Shown one piece after another: positions 12,946-24,808 of a stretch of DNA of 64,000 bases (positions within the stretch are counted from its first letter, which is position 1; every line of letters begins with the position of its first letter). The notes under the pieces are model-generated. The model saw nothing but the letters and a program-made list of their open reading frames with translations, searched no databases and had not been told where the DNA came from. The position numbers and the translations under genes were made by a program. The DNA lies in the NCBI RefSeq assembly GCF_006345805.1, contig NC_043013.1, positions 41,602,001 through 41,666,000 on the forward strand, given 5' to 3'. This stretch comes from Octopus sinensis. Taxonomy: Eukaryota.

Positions 12946-13300
12946 ATGTATATCAAAATTTTTATGTATTTCAAGAGTTGCTGACAATAGAGAAAGAACT
13001 GGGTTCTAACCTAGATTCAAGGCTCCTTCATTGGAATTTCAACTACGTCAACATGTTATTTTCTATGTATATATGTATGTAATTATGCATGCATGCATGC
13101 ATGTATGTATGTATGTATGTATGTATGTATGTATGTATGTATGTATGTATGTATGTATGTATGTATGTATGTATGTATGTATGTATGTATGTATGTTTTA
13201 CAGATTTTTATAGTTCCAGTGATGGCTTGGATTCTGTAGTCTTCGAATTTGCTTTCTCCTTTCTGGTTTTGAGATGTCTGGTTTCTCAAGATTGGTACTT
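12945..13300 (-). mobile_element. Second RLE-LINE 3' end with (CATA)n, interrupting the PLE fragment
   Basis: Homologous to 7680-8110 (...RIQAITGTIKICKT, and the same terminal ~120 bp segment). Confidence 0.6.
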
Positions 13301-13384
13301 AGGCTATGAGTTACATATCCCAGTGCCCCAATAATTACAGGCATGTATGTATGTATATATTTTTCTGTATGTATATATTTATGT

Positions 13385-13436
<52 letters not shown>

Positions 13437-13439
13437 CAT

Positions 13440-14102
13440 ATAATTTAAAAATAGGATAAAATCTTCATAAGAAATTATCAAGTAGTTTGCGTGAAAAACC
13501 TCATAAGAGAACAAATCTGTAAATATTTTTCACTTGAATGTATTTATTTATATTATATAGAGGGCATTATTACACACAAATGCCGCACGCTAGGAGGGAC
13601 TCTTTAGCTGCATTCAAGTGAAAAAAATTTACAGATTTTTTCTCTTATGAGGTTTTTCACGCTAACTACTTGATAATTTCTTATGAAGATTTTATCCTAT
13701 TTTTAAATTATAAATTTCACCGGAGTATATTCAATACTGATTTTTTATTCCGAATAAGCACGTTGTTACCGAAATGCAATTCGAAAAAGCCTGCCATTTA
13801 CATAGATGTATAAGGGGTGAACAGTTCTATATGCTACGTCGGATACGATGGTTTTTCGCCTGGTATGTTGATTTTGTTCATTCATTATAAATCTTGAATC
13901 TTGCTGGCACTAACGAGTAAAGGACGCAACCACTGCGTTGATGACAAAATCACTGGTGATCTGCAGCTAAATTCTGTTTTTAAATGACTTGCTTCGAGAC
14001 TTGCATTCGGTACAATATGTTTATTTTTGTAGTTCTGACTTTAAGAGTCCCTCCTAGCGTGCGGCATTTATGTGTAATAATGCCCTCTATATAATATAAA
14101 TA
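13440..14102. repeat. Nested inverted repeats (A-B-revA-revC-revB)
   Basis: 13440-13540 is the reverse complement of 13611-13711; the spacer 13541-13610 is the reverse complement of ~14043-14102. Confidence 0.9.
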
Positions 14103-14103
14103 G

Positions 14104-14139
<36 letters not shown>

Positions 14140-14144
<5 letters not shown>

Positions 14145-15036
14145 GTTAATAAAATAGAATATATGCATATATATAAACATATATGTACGTACCTACCTCT
14201 ACATGTACATATACACGCATATATGTGTACAGGACACCAAAAAGACGTCGAACACATAGAGAGACGAAACACATAGACACAAACCAAGGAACAAGACAAG
14301 CAAAAAAAAGGAGAGATACAGGACAATAAGCACAACGAAAAATCCCCTTCTTCAGTCGCTAAGATTTCATCTACTAAACGTTTCGAAGGATAAAAGCGAG
14401 ACGTATACTTCGAAGAAAAATTCCTTCCCGCGAAAAGCAAATCAATTAAAATTCTGAGATCTTTTCGCAGAGGGGTAAAAAAAAGCAAGACGGTAACGAC
14501 AGTACAAACATATAAACAGTAAAAAATATATATATAAACAGTGGAAAAATAATATATAACAGTGAGAGACAGGACAAGGAGAACAAGATAAGAAGGGCTG
14601 TTAACGCCAGACGAAAAAAGTATTGCAAACGCTGGATTATCGTGGAAGACGAGAGAGGGAAAATTGTCGACCAGAAGCCTTACAAGGCGGGCGAGAAAAG
14701 ACAGGATAGCAGTTACGACGGAAGTATCGTCGCAGATGGATGACGGGAATGGGGGAGGAGGAGCAAGAGGAAGAGAGAGAAGAAGGGGAATGTGCGAGGA
14801 GACCATGAAGAATGGTGAAAGGAGAGAGAGAATGAAGAATGAGAGAGAGAGGAAGAGACAAGTTAAGTGAGGGAAAAAAAGACGAAAAAGGGAATGGGAG
14901 AGAAGAAAGAAAGATGCAGAGTCGCGTGAGAGTTATATCAAGGCTAACTTGATAAACAGAACAATCTTACTTAATAGGGTGCGTGCGTTTAGTCGTATAA
15001 TATGTTAATAAAATAGAATATATGCATATATATAAA
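14140..15036 (-). mobile_element. 859-bp unit bounded by a 38-bp direct repeat; PLE terminal-repeat-like
   Basis: AATATGTTAATAAAATAGAATATATGCATATATATAAA at 14140-14177 and 14999-15036. Pyrimidine-rich minus strand with no real ORF. The PLE assignment is inference. Confidence 0.45.
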
Positions 15037-15048
15037 TATATATATATA

Positions 15049-15480
15049 TAGTTGGAAGGTTTGGAGATGATGTACAGGTATTTTATATCAGAAGAAATGA
15101 GGTACTCAGAAAATCGGATGGTTTATATTTACAGATATTTATTTGTATATTACATTTTTTATACATCATATAACTTAGATCGTGTATTAGCGCTTTCTCC
15201 CATTCTAATGGTGTTTTCAAATCAAACTAAGTTCCTGTGTGAAAAGTTTCGACCAATTTATAGTGGTATTGAGTTTGTAGTGATGGGGCGGAATATAAGA
15301 CAGTACAAGAGGGTGCTGGATGAGGAGAAAGTGAGAGAGGGAGAGAGAGAGAGAGCATGTGCGTGTGTGTTTTTGTATTTGGAATGAGGGCTAAAGAAAG
15401 AAGAGAAGGGAGAGGGAAGAAGAAGAAAAGATTTTTTTTGCTCTGCTGCACAGCATGCTTACTCCAAGGGGGGTCTAAGA
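15049..15480. repeat. Dispersed repeat (family X), diverged homolog of the 30 kb palindrome arm
   Basis: TTGGAAGGTTTGGAGATGATGTACAGGTATT...AGAAGAAATGAGGTA also at ~29966 onward, reversed at ~32770, and partially at ~63097. Confidence 0.8.
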
Positions 15481-15515
15481 TCTTATATATATATATATAC
15501 ACACACACATACATA

Positions 15516-15546
<31 letters not shown>

Positions 15547-15929
15547 CATATTGACGCATTCCCGAGCTTGCGACTCATATTGACACTGGATGTTTTGCCC
15601 TGACTTATGTCTGGACCATGACAGTATGGCGAAGAGAGTATGTGAGGTGCTGTGCAGCCCTCATTGGAATTAAAATCTTCGGACTTTGCAATCGCTGGCC
15701 AGGCGACATTCCGATGCTCCGTCGAGTAGGGTGGCGCTGCAGCTTACATGCATGCCGCAGACGCGAGCCCGGGTGAAGTCGAGCGTGGGTGCAATAACCC
15801 TATCCAAGGATACTGCCTGCCATTTTGCATCATGGGCAATGGTCAGTAATGGTCTTCCTCGGTCGCGAGTACACAGCCTTACTCACTCTCTCACTCTCTC
15901 TCTCTCTCTTTCTCTTTTTCACCCACATA

Positions 15930-15974
15930 CAGATAGATAGATAGATAGATAGATAGATGATGGATGGATGGATG

Positions 15975-16029
<55 letters not shown>

Positions 16030-16065
16030 GGATGGATGGATGGATGGATGGATGGATAGATAGAC

Positions 16066-16097
<32 letters not shown>

Positions 16098-16124
16098 GAT
16101 GGATGGATGGATAGACAGATAGAC

Positions 16125-16200
<76 letters not shown>

Positions 16201-16248
16201 GGATGGATGGATGGATGGATGGATGGATGATGGATGGATGGATGGATG

Positions 16249-16279
<31 letters not shown>

Positions 16280-16280
16280 A
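15930..16280. repeat. Compound (GATA)/(GGAT)/(GACA)n microsatellite
   Basis: Direct runs. Confidence 0.95.
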
Positions 16281-16339
16281 GGCAGGCATGAGTGCGTAGG
16301 CAAATAATGTGGATCATAATTAGATAATATTAATTAAAT

Positions 16340-16590
16340 AAACAAGTTCGTTGTCCTTTAAATAGTCAATGAATACCGTTGGTAATTGCCTACCGTTTCA
16401 TAATAATTAGTCTCTTGTAATAAAGTTAACGTGGTGCGTTTCTAATATCCGAAATCCCAAATGGAAACGGCATTTTCCTTTTACTACTTGTGTAATTGCT
16501 ACATCAATGTGATGGTTGTTTTTAAGCTTATGGATGATTTCCGATTCCTCTCGGCTGGTGTTTGATTGGAAGTTTGGATGTGGTAATTTA
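16340..16590 (-). pseudogene. Penelope-like pre-RT fragment
   Basis: SNTSREESEIIHKLKNNHHIDVAITQVVKG / NAVSIWDFGY*...ETNYYE resembles the PLE SNLS.EE...L..N..I.I..ADKG.AVVI.D motif. Confidence 0.55.
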
Positions 16591-17307
16591 TTGTATGTAA
16601 AACATTTGCATAATTACTCACTCGATCAAACTTTAAATATGTGTATATGTAAATGCATATATGTGTGTATGTGTAGGTGTGAGTACATCTTGCGTACAAA
16701 ATCTAATGGACACGTTTTTTAAGTGGTATCTACTTTGCTCCCATGAATAGCATTATTCATTATAACAAAATGAATAACCACTTGCTGATAATAACTAAGG
16801 CTTCTTCATTTGTAACAAATGAATAAGAATTATTCATATATCCTAATTTATAAATAAGCATAAACAAATAATTTATGCTGATTTATGAATAAATTAGCGT
16901 AAGCTGTTTATGTACAGGAATCTAAGAGGATCTTAAAAGTCTTAAGTTTTATACTTGAAAAATTTGTCGTGCACTTAGATATCTTTCGTGGTGCACCCGA
17001 ATGCTCCCTGCGGCGCACCAGTGTCCTACTCTACAGTTTACTTCTTCAAAGTCATCAGTATAAACACGGAAATTTATAGCGATAACCTGAGAAAAGAAAA
17101 GACTACGTTTCATTAGTACATTTGTATTTGTGCATATATAAATCCCCGATTTCAGTTCTTCGTGTTTTTCTCTGTAGCGGGTAAATAATATGTGGAAATT
17201 GACGATTTAAAAGTCTGTTATCAGCATATTGACATTGAAATAGTTTTCTTCAGCCCTTATATATAAGTTATATATATATATGGAGAGAGAGAGAGAGAGG
17301 GAGAGAA

Positions 17308-17505
17308 GCACTCCGTCGGTTACGACGACGTGGGTCCCAGTTGATACGATCAATGGAACAGCTTGCTCGTGAAATTAACGTACAAGTGGCTGAACATTCC
17401 ACAGACACGTGTACTCTTAACGTAGTTCTCAGGGAGATTCAGCGTGACACAGAGTGTGACAAGGCTGACCATTTGAAATTAAGGTACTACTCATTTTTGG
17501 CAGGT
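17308..17505 (-). mobile_element. SINE family A, 3' part
   Basis: Reverse complement of ~1130-1316. Confidence 0.8.
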
Positions 17506-17509
17506 TGTA

Positions 17510-18543
17510 ATGGATAACGAACTTGGAGAAAAATATTCATCTCCTAATATTGAATATACATTCATTCCAGAGCTTCTAAGTAATTACGAGAAACTTCGGG
17601 CTAATTTAAACAATGGCGAAGAAAAGATTACTGAATCAGCAGGATGGCGAGATGACATGAAATATCTATTTCATTTCACCAGAGTTTTTCGTTTCCTTGA
17701 AGAAACTGGAATATTTGCTACTCTAATGTTTCAAAAGAATACCCAACTTAACTAATGAAAAATGGAATTCTCGAGCAATACTAGCTCTTGTGCTATTTAT
17801 TCTTCTTACCAGAGAAAAGAGTTTTGCTTCTCAATGTTTGTCGATTCGTCTCTTACAGCTAGGTAGATTTTTGGTTTACTGACCAAATGTACATGATTAT
17901 CAATGTACATGATTATCAGAAGTAATGTGGTATCCTGCAATATCATAAAAAAGCATTAAACTCAGTAAAAAACTTCTGGAATCGAGAACCAACTAATCTG
18001 GAAATTCCCAGAACAAATCAGAGTGCAGAAAGGGCAACCAAGTGCCTTCAAGATCTTTATGATGTTTGTAACAAGAAGGAGAAACTTCAGCTTCGATTTA
18101 TTTTATTTTATCTAAACATATTGATTCTTTGTTATGTTTAAAAATTTGCTAACATTCAGCACCCTTTTTCTTATACAGTTATTTAAAATTGGAATTAAGC
18201 CTATAAAATTAAAAATATGTATTGTTTTTAATTTTGTATTTTTGTAGTGGTCTCTGTCTTAAAATAGCCTAGTTTTGAACCTTTGCATTGAGCAATTTCA
18301 ATTCAGTAATCTTAAAAATGTATAAATACATTTTTATTCCACATCATTCTTGCGTTTACAAGGATTTAAGCAGCGGAAATACTGAAGTGTGAATCTAGTG
18401 CCACCTAGTGATTATAGTTTTAAAAGCCCATAACTCCAAAACTACTTCAACTAGAAAGCTGAAATTTCAGATATACTATTCCTGCATTGCATTGAGTCAA
18501 CACACCAAGTTTGGTAAAAACGTGTGCAGGAGTTATGAACCCC
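17510..18543 (+). pseudogene. Decayed DDE transposase C-terminal half plus right terminus, Sola2-like
   Basis: GWRDDMKYLFHFTRVFRF...IPNLTNEKWNSRAILAL...FWFTDQMY...EIPRTNQSAERATKCLQDLY...KLQLRFIL across frameshifts. The terminus ...GAACCCC at 18543 is compatible with the 5'-GRG ends of Sola2. Superfamily assignment is from memory of motifs. Confidence 0.55.
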
Positions 18544-19335
18544 ACTAGAATTTTGTATAATATTGGTCAAAAGTGGTGATCGATTTAAGTTGGGGGTGAT
18601 TTTTCCTCAAATAAAGCAAAATAAATGTTAGTTTTCTGACTTTTGTAAACTTATTAATCGAATTACAATATAGGGTTATTAGGTCGTGAAAAAGTGTCAT
18701 AACCCCAATATACATACATACATACATACATACATACATACATACATACATACATACACATACATACATACATACATGGTGACTGCCCCATCGTTATCGA
18801 GTATGGCCATTGCGCGAAGCTTAATCAATGTTGTTATCGTGCAATGCCTGTGCAAGAAGATCTTTTTTTAAATGAGCAAAGGCTGTGCACTGAGTCAATC
18901 CCACTCACTAAGCAACAGCAGCCATAATCCGAAAAGAAGAACAAGTCAACATCATCGGTAACCACTGGGCCGCAGGTTTTATGTCGGAGTTATCCCAGTT
19001 ACCTGAGTTACCTTCTCCTAGAAGGATGGCCTAACAAAGGCTAGGAGTCCTTCACTCCCAATGGTTTAACCGCGCGATCGGGTGTTCATTCCGATTATTT
19101 CTATGTTCCCGCGGATGATACAGCCCTAAGACATTTATTGGATGGCCGTTGACTCTCAAGAGTCCCTCCGCCCTTTGACGGGTTTTGTTTTTCATCCCGC
19201 ATGGTGTCCAATAAACACCCTCCCCATCAAGCAAGCTTGGTGGGGTTGCCGGTTTAGTCGCCGACGACCCGACCATGCAACATGTACCGGGTTACATGTT
19301 AACAGTAGCACTCGAAAGTGAAAGTGACCTGACAT

Positions 19336-19368
<33 letters not shown>

Positions 19369-19377
19369 TATATATAT

Positions 19378-19409
<32 letters not shown>

Positions 19410-19410
19410 A

Positions 19411-19469
<59 letters not shown>

Positions 19470-20294
19470 CATAAATACATACAAACATATATACATACAT
19501 ACTCAACTGCTAACTCAACATACATACATACATACATATATGTATGTATGTGTGTATAGCACAATACATTTTTACGTGTGCATAAAGGGATATCAAAGAA
19601 TGTTGTGCACCGCAAGTAGCATGCACATGCACCACAGAGAGTATCCAGAAGCTTTGCAGGGAGTATCTACGTACTATGGGTATATTTAAATAATGAATAA
19701 AAACTTTAGGAGATCCACGCTAATATTGATGTATAATAAATAATTTATGCTAATTTACTCATAAATAAGCATAAGATACTCATTTATACTTATTCATGAA
19801 TAGCCATCAATAAATAAGATTTATTCATCTATTTATAATGATTAAGCTTTACTCATTATAATAAATGGATATTCATTTTGCTACAATAAATAATTGTATT
19901 CACTAGAAGCAAACAATAGATAGAGCAAGATAAATATAACCTTGATTATTGTTTTGTACACAAGAAATAAGTACAAACGCCCTCACGCTTACCCGTACAA
20001 TTACAGACTTAACATACTTAATGTTCAACAAGATCTGAATTATAATTTTAATAATAATCATTACCTTTGAAGGTTTTTATTTTCCATGCTGGCCACTTGA
20101 TAAGATCGATATCTAATTTAAATTAACGATCTTATCCTTATTTATATAAATTTTAAATTGATTTCATCATTGTATTTACTGCGGTGATGTTTTAACCATA
20201 TCGCACGAGGAATTAGCAAGCGGGCAATTTAAACTGGTCGTGTGGCATACGTGCATATAGATGTATGTATACGTTCGTATATGTAAGTATTCGT

Positions 20295-20518
20295 CGAGCT
20301 GGCAGAAACGTTAGCGCGCCAGGCGAAATGCTTAGCGGTATTTCGTCTGCCGTTACGTTCTGAGTTCAAATTCCGCCGAGGTCGTCTTTGCCTTTCATCC
20401 TTTCGGGGTTTTTAAATAAAGTACCAGTTTCGCCCTGGGGTCGATGTAATTGACTTAATCCCTTTGTCTGTCCTTGTTTGTCCCCTCTATGTTTAGCCCC
20501 TTGTGGGCAGTAAAGAAA
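20295..20518 (+). mobile_element. SINE family B, full copy
   Basis: Family consensus, head to tail. Confidence 0.85.
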
Positions 20519-20559
20519 TATATATATATATGTGTGTATTTATGTTACTTTCTGCGTAT

Positions 20560-20618
20560 ATTCCACTGATGAGGCAAAGCATTTCTAAATGCAAAGACAG
20601 AAATCCGGGATCTGGAAT
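20560..20618 (+). ncRNA. Type I hammerhead ribozyme motif
   Basis: Stem I ATTCCA/TGGAAT (6 bp); CUGAUGA 20566-20572; stem II with distal GCATT/AATGC hairpin but weak proximal pairs; GAAA 20600-20603; quasi-palindromic stem III A-UCC-G-GGA-U; AUC cleavage triplet. Confidence 0.6.
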
Positions 20619-20753
20619 TATCCTGTAATTTTTTGCTAGTTTTATTTTGTCTTTTTGTCTCCTCTCCTTGTGCTGTATGAACATTTAATGTGGTTTTAGA
20701 GCCAGACTCTGGCTGCTATTTTCCGCATGGCGGTATCTCGTAGATACCCTAAT

Positions 20754-20791
<38 letters not shown>

Positions 20792-20810
20792 ATATATAAT
20801 ATATATATAT

Positions 20811-20855
<45 letters not shown>

Positions 20856-21489
20856 GGAGTGAGGGAGAGAGAGAAAGAAATAGATCAATATACGTGTGTG
20901 TTTCACCACCACTTGACAACCGGTGTTGTGTTTACCTCTCTTCGCAACACAGCGGTTCAGCAAAATAGACCGATAGAATAAGTACCAGACTTATAAAACA
21001 AAAACTAAGCTTTGGGGTCGATTCATTCGACTAAAAGTTCTTCTTGGCAGTGCTCCAGCATGGCTGCAATTTCAACACTGAAACAACAAAAAGATAATAA
21101 ATTACTCCATCCAAACTCTTAATCAAACACCAACCGAACAGAATGGGAAATCGACCACGAACTTACAAAAACAAAATCATATAGATTTAGTAGATGCAGA
21201 GCTAAATAAGGGAAAGTGCTGTTGTCAATAGGGATTACAAATGTTACAAAAGCATAGCATTAAGATTTTTCGAGAAAGTACTTATTATAAAAAGGTAAGC
21301 AATTATCGACTATCTAAAATAACAAGAAAAATCAGTTCTTTCGTTTACCTAGTCCGTGAATTCTTAATGGACAAGAAACGATCGTCTTTAATAAATATTT
21401 CATAACGTCTAACGGTTTACGCACACAAACGCATGCACACACATATATATAAGTATGTGGATAGAGACATTTACGTATAAATATATATA

Positions 21490-22930
21490 CTCTTACTCTT
21501 TACTCTCTTTTACTTGTTTCAGTCATTTGACTGCGGCCATGCTGGAGCACGGCCTTTAGTCGAGCAAATCGACCCGAGGACTTCTTTGTAAGCCTAGTAC
21601 TTATTCTATCGGTCTCTTTTGACGAACCGGTAAGTTACAGGGACGTAAACACAGCAGCATCAGTTGTCAAGCGATGCAGGGGGGGGGAACATATACACAC
21701 AAACATATACACAAACATACATATATATATATACATATATATAAGAATGAATGTTTTTATATATAATGAACGTGAAATACAGGAAGGGACGAACACGGAA
21801 CACAGACAAATCATTCGAAGCCTTCAATCTTCAGTCAGACACCGAATCATCATAGCAAATTTCGGCTGTTCAATTCTGATATTTGCTCCAACTCGGCCAG
21901 CCCCAAGAAAAAAACTAAGCTGTAAGCATTAGATTTCTTGGTAGAAGACAGGAATGTGAACGCACAAGACGGATGTGAATACAAGAGACGAAAACGAAAT
22001 TGAAAACAGTAATGAAAAAACAAAATATATATAACGGTGGTTGTCATACGACTTTAGACCAAATGAGACAAAACAACAACATAGCAGCTGGCGTAGAAAT
22101 AATTACCGTTTCGGTAGCGGGGACACATGTTGGTCGAGATACGAAGGCCAACAGAATGGTTGAAGAAGCAGCAGGTCGCAGGAGAGAGAGAAAGAGAGAC
22201 AGAGAGAGAGGGAATCAAAGAGGGTGGAAGGCAGGGGACAGAATCAGTGACCAAGAGAGAGGAGAAAGAAGGGATTAAGGAGGATGGGAGGAAGAGAGGG
22301 GAAGAATCGGAGGGCGCCAAAAAGTTTGGTGAAGAAGCAATGGCGGGTAGTAAAAGACAGTGTGTATAGAAGTCGTGCAGGGTTTAAAATTGGACAAGCA
22401 AAACGGGGGGGGGTGCACGTAACGCCGCAATAATATAAGAATGAATGTTTTTATATATAATGAACGTGAAATACAGGAAGGGACGAACACGGAACACAGA
22501 CAAATCATTCGAAGCCTTCAATCTTCAGTCAGACACCGAATCATCATAGCAAATTTCGGCTGTTCAATTCTGATATTTGCTCCAACTCGGCCAGCCCCAA
22601 GAAAAAAAACTAAGCTGTAAGCATTAGATTTCTTGGTAGAAGACAGGAATGTGAACGCACAAGACGGATGTGAATACAAGAGACGAAAACGAAATTGAAA
22701 ACAGTAATGAAAAAACAAAATATATATAACGGTGGTTGTCATACGACTTTAGACCAAATGAGACAAAACAACAACAACATAGCAGCTGCCGGGCTTCTTT
22801 CAGTTTCCGCCTACCAATTCACTCACAAGACTTTGGTCGATCGGAGGCTATAGGAGAAGACACATGCCCAAGGTGCCACGCAGTGGGAATGAACCCGGAA
22901 CCATGTGGCTGGTAAGCAAGCTATTTACCA
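21490..22930 (-). mobile_element. SINE family C split by an insertion in its internal microsatellite
   Basis: Tail half 21490-21740 and head half 22789-22930 flank the 21741-22788 element. Confidence 0.75.
21741..22788 (-). mobile_element. 1.5-mer tandem of a 694-bp unit (near-identical ~350-bp direct repeats); PLE pseudo-LTR-like
   Basis: 21741-22090 matches 22435-22788 apart from two small indels. No TG..CA ends and no ORF. Confidence 0.6.
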
Positions 22931-22954
22931 CATAGCCACTCTATTCATAGGTAC

Positions 22955-22985
<31 letters not shown>

Positions 22986-23042
22986 ATATATATATTTACA
23001 ACATACATACATACATACATACATACATACATACATACATAC

Positions 23043-23076
<34 letters not shown>

Positions 23077-23080
23077 ATAT

Positions 23081-23124
<44 letters not shown>

Positions 23125-23164
23125 TATATAGATATAGATATAGATATAGATATATATATATAGA

Positions 23165-23530
23165 TGGGCTTGTAGTAACAAGCTTGCTTCCCAGCCACTT
23201 GGATCTGGGTTCAGTCCCACTGCGTGGCACCTTGAGCAAGTGTCTTCTACTATAGCCTCGGGCCGACCAAAGCCTCGGGACTGGATTTAGTACACGGAAA
23301 CTGAAAAGAAGCCCGTCGTATAGATAGATAGATAGATTTATGTGCTTGTCTTTCTTATCTGTTTGGCCATCCCAACATCGTTTGATAACCGGAACAGATT
23401 ACGTGTGTTTACGTATCCGTAACTTAGCTGCAATAAGTACTAGGCTTATAAAGAATAAGTACTGGGTCGATTTTTTCGGATAAAAGGCTTCCTCCAGCAT
23501 GGGCGCATAAATGATTGAACCAAGTAAAAT
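23165..23530 (+). mobile_element. SINE family C copy
   Basis: Head, CORE-like segment and degenerate tail. Confidence 0.75.
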
Positions 23531-23676
23531 AATAAAAGAAAGAAAATATATATATATATCTATATATATATAAATATTATAATAAATAATAGGGAAAAAT
23601 CCAAAATATATATTAATTTACAGGAAAAAATAAAAATCAGATTTAGAGATTAAATCCCAATTTTATAGTAAAATAT

Positions 23677-23982
23677 TATAAAATATTATTAGAGACAAAA
23701 CCACTATTTTGCAAAACAAACAAGGAAGACTTAAATACATAAAATTTTAATAAATAGTAAAAAAAACCGCCACTACAATTGTTTCTTGTCTTGATCGACA
23801 ATCTTCAGGTGGACTTCCAATAAGTCAGTTTCAATTATGAAGTCATAATTTGAAACTGACTTATTGTCGATCAAGACAAGAAACAATTGTAGTGGCGGTT
23901 TTTTTGACTATTATTAAAATTTTATGTATTGATTAAGTCTTTCCTGTTTGTTTTGCAAAATATTGTGGTTTTGTCTCTAATA

Positions 23983-23992
<10 letters not shown>
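23677..23992. repeat. Fold-back inverted duplication with inner hairpin
   Basis: Arm 23677-23802 pairs with 23863-23992; inner hairpin 23819-23840 / 23843-23865. Confidence 0.9.
23770..23812 (-). ncRNA. Minimal type I hammerhead ribozyme
   Basis: Minus strand reads CCAC-CUGAAGA-UUGUC(GAUCAA)GACAA-GAAA-CAAUUG-UA-GUGG: intact core, 4-bp stem I, 5-bp stem II, palindromic stem III, GUA site. Confidence 0.8.
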
Positions 23993-24038
<46 letters not shown>

Positions 24039-24303
24039 CATACAATACACAGACACCACACGCACACAAACACACACACAGACACACAGACACACAGATG
24101 AAACGTTCCTGGCATTGGGTAAAAGAAAATACAGGAGGGTCAGTTAATTATCATTTTACTCAACATACTCCCCTCCCAGATTCACCCATTTATTGCAGGG
24201 GTCCATCGGATTTTTCTAAAGCCCTGTAAAAGAAATCAGAATGCTGAGCCTCCACCCATGCCTTTCGTGACACCTTTAATGGCACGAACCTTTCCAACAA
24301 TCT

Positions 24304-24337
<34 letters not shown>

Positions 24338-24649
24338 AGAAGTTCAAATAAAGGTTACAAACCTCATTAAGGGATAGCAAAATCCTGTGAAATTACTAGT
24401 TAGTTACTTATACAAAGAATGTTGAACATTACAGTTAACATTCAACTGCAAGGTAACTATATGAACCGTGGTTTATATAGTTTTATATTATAACGAGATA
24501 AGAAAATAGAAAGATAACTAATAAATTATTATTTATTAATTTATAAATTCATAAACATGTCTTACAGCTGTTTCCATTGATGACCTTCAGAAAAAATAAT
24601 TTATAAAATTTTTAAAATTAAAAATTATTTAAAAGTTGAATTATTCTTT

Positions 24650-24808
24650 TCCTTGGCTTTTGAATTACACTATAATTCTTTTAACAGTAGCAAGAGGAAT
24701 TTGAAGATTTTCGGCAATTTTTCGCTGGCTAAGACCAGCTTCAGATTGCCCAACAATAGCACCTCTTTGAAAATCTGACAGTTCTGCTGATTTTTTTGTG
24801 CGTGGCAT
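24650..24808 (-). pseudogene. Tc1 transposase N-terminal HTH fragment
   Basis: [52 protein letters not shown] is a typical Tc1 PAI subdomain. Confidence 0.85.

Noticed and set aside
14087-14806. 239-aa hydrophobic minus-strand ORF
   Set aside because: It arises from a pyrimidine-rich repeat strand and ends in (TA)n; no domain similarity recognised.
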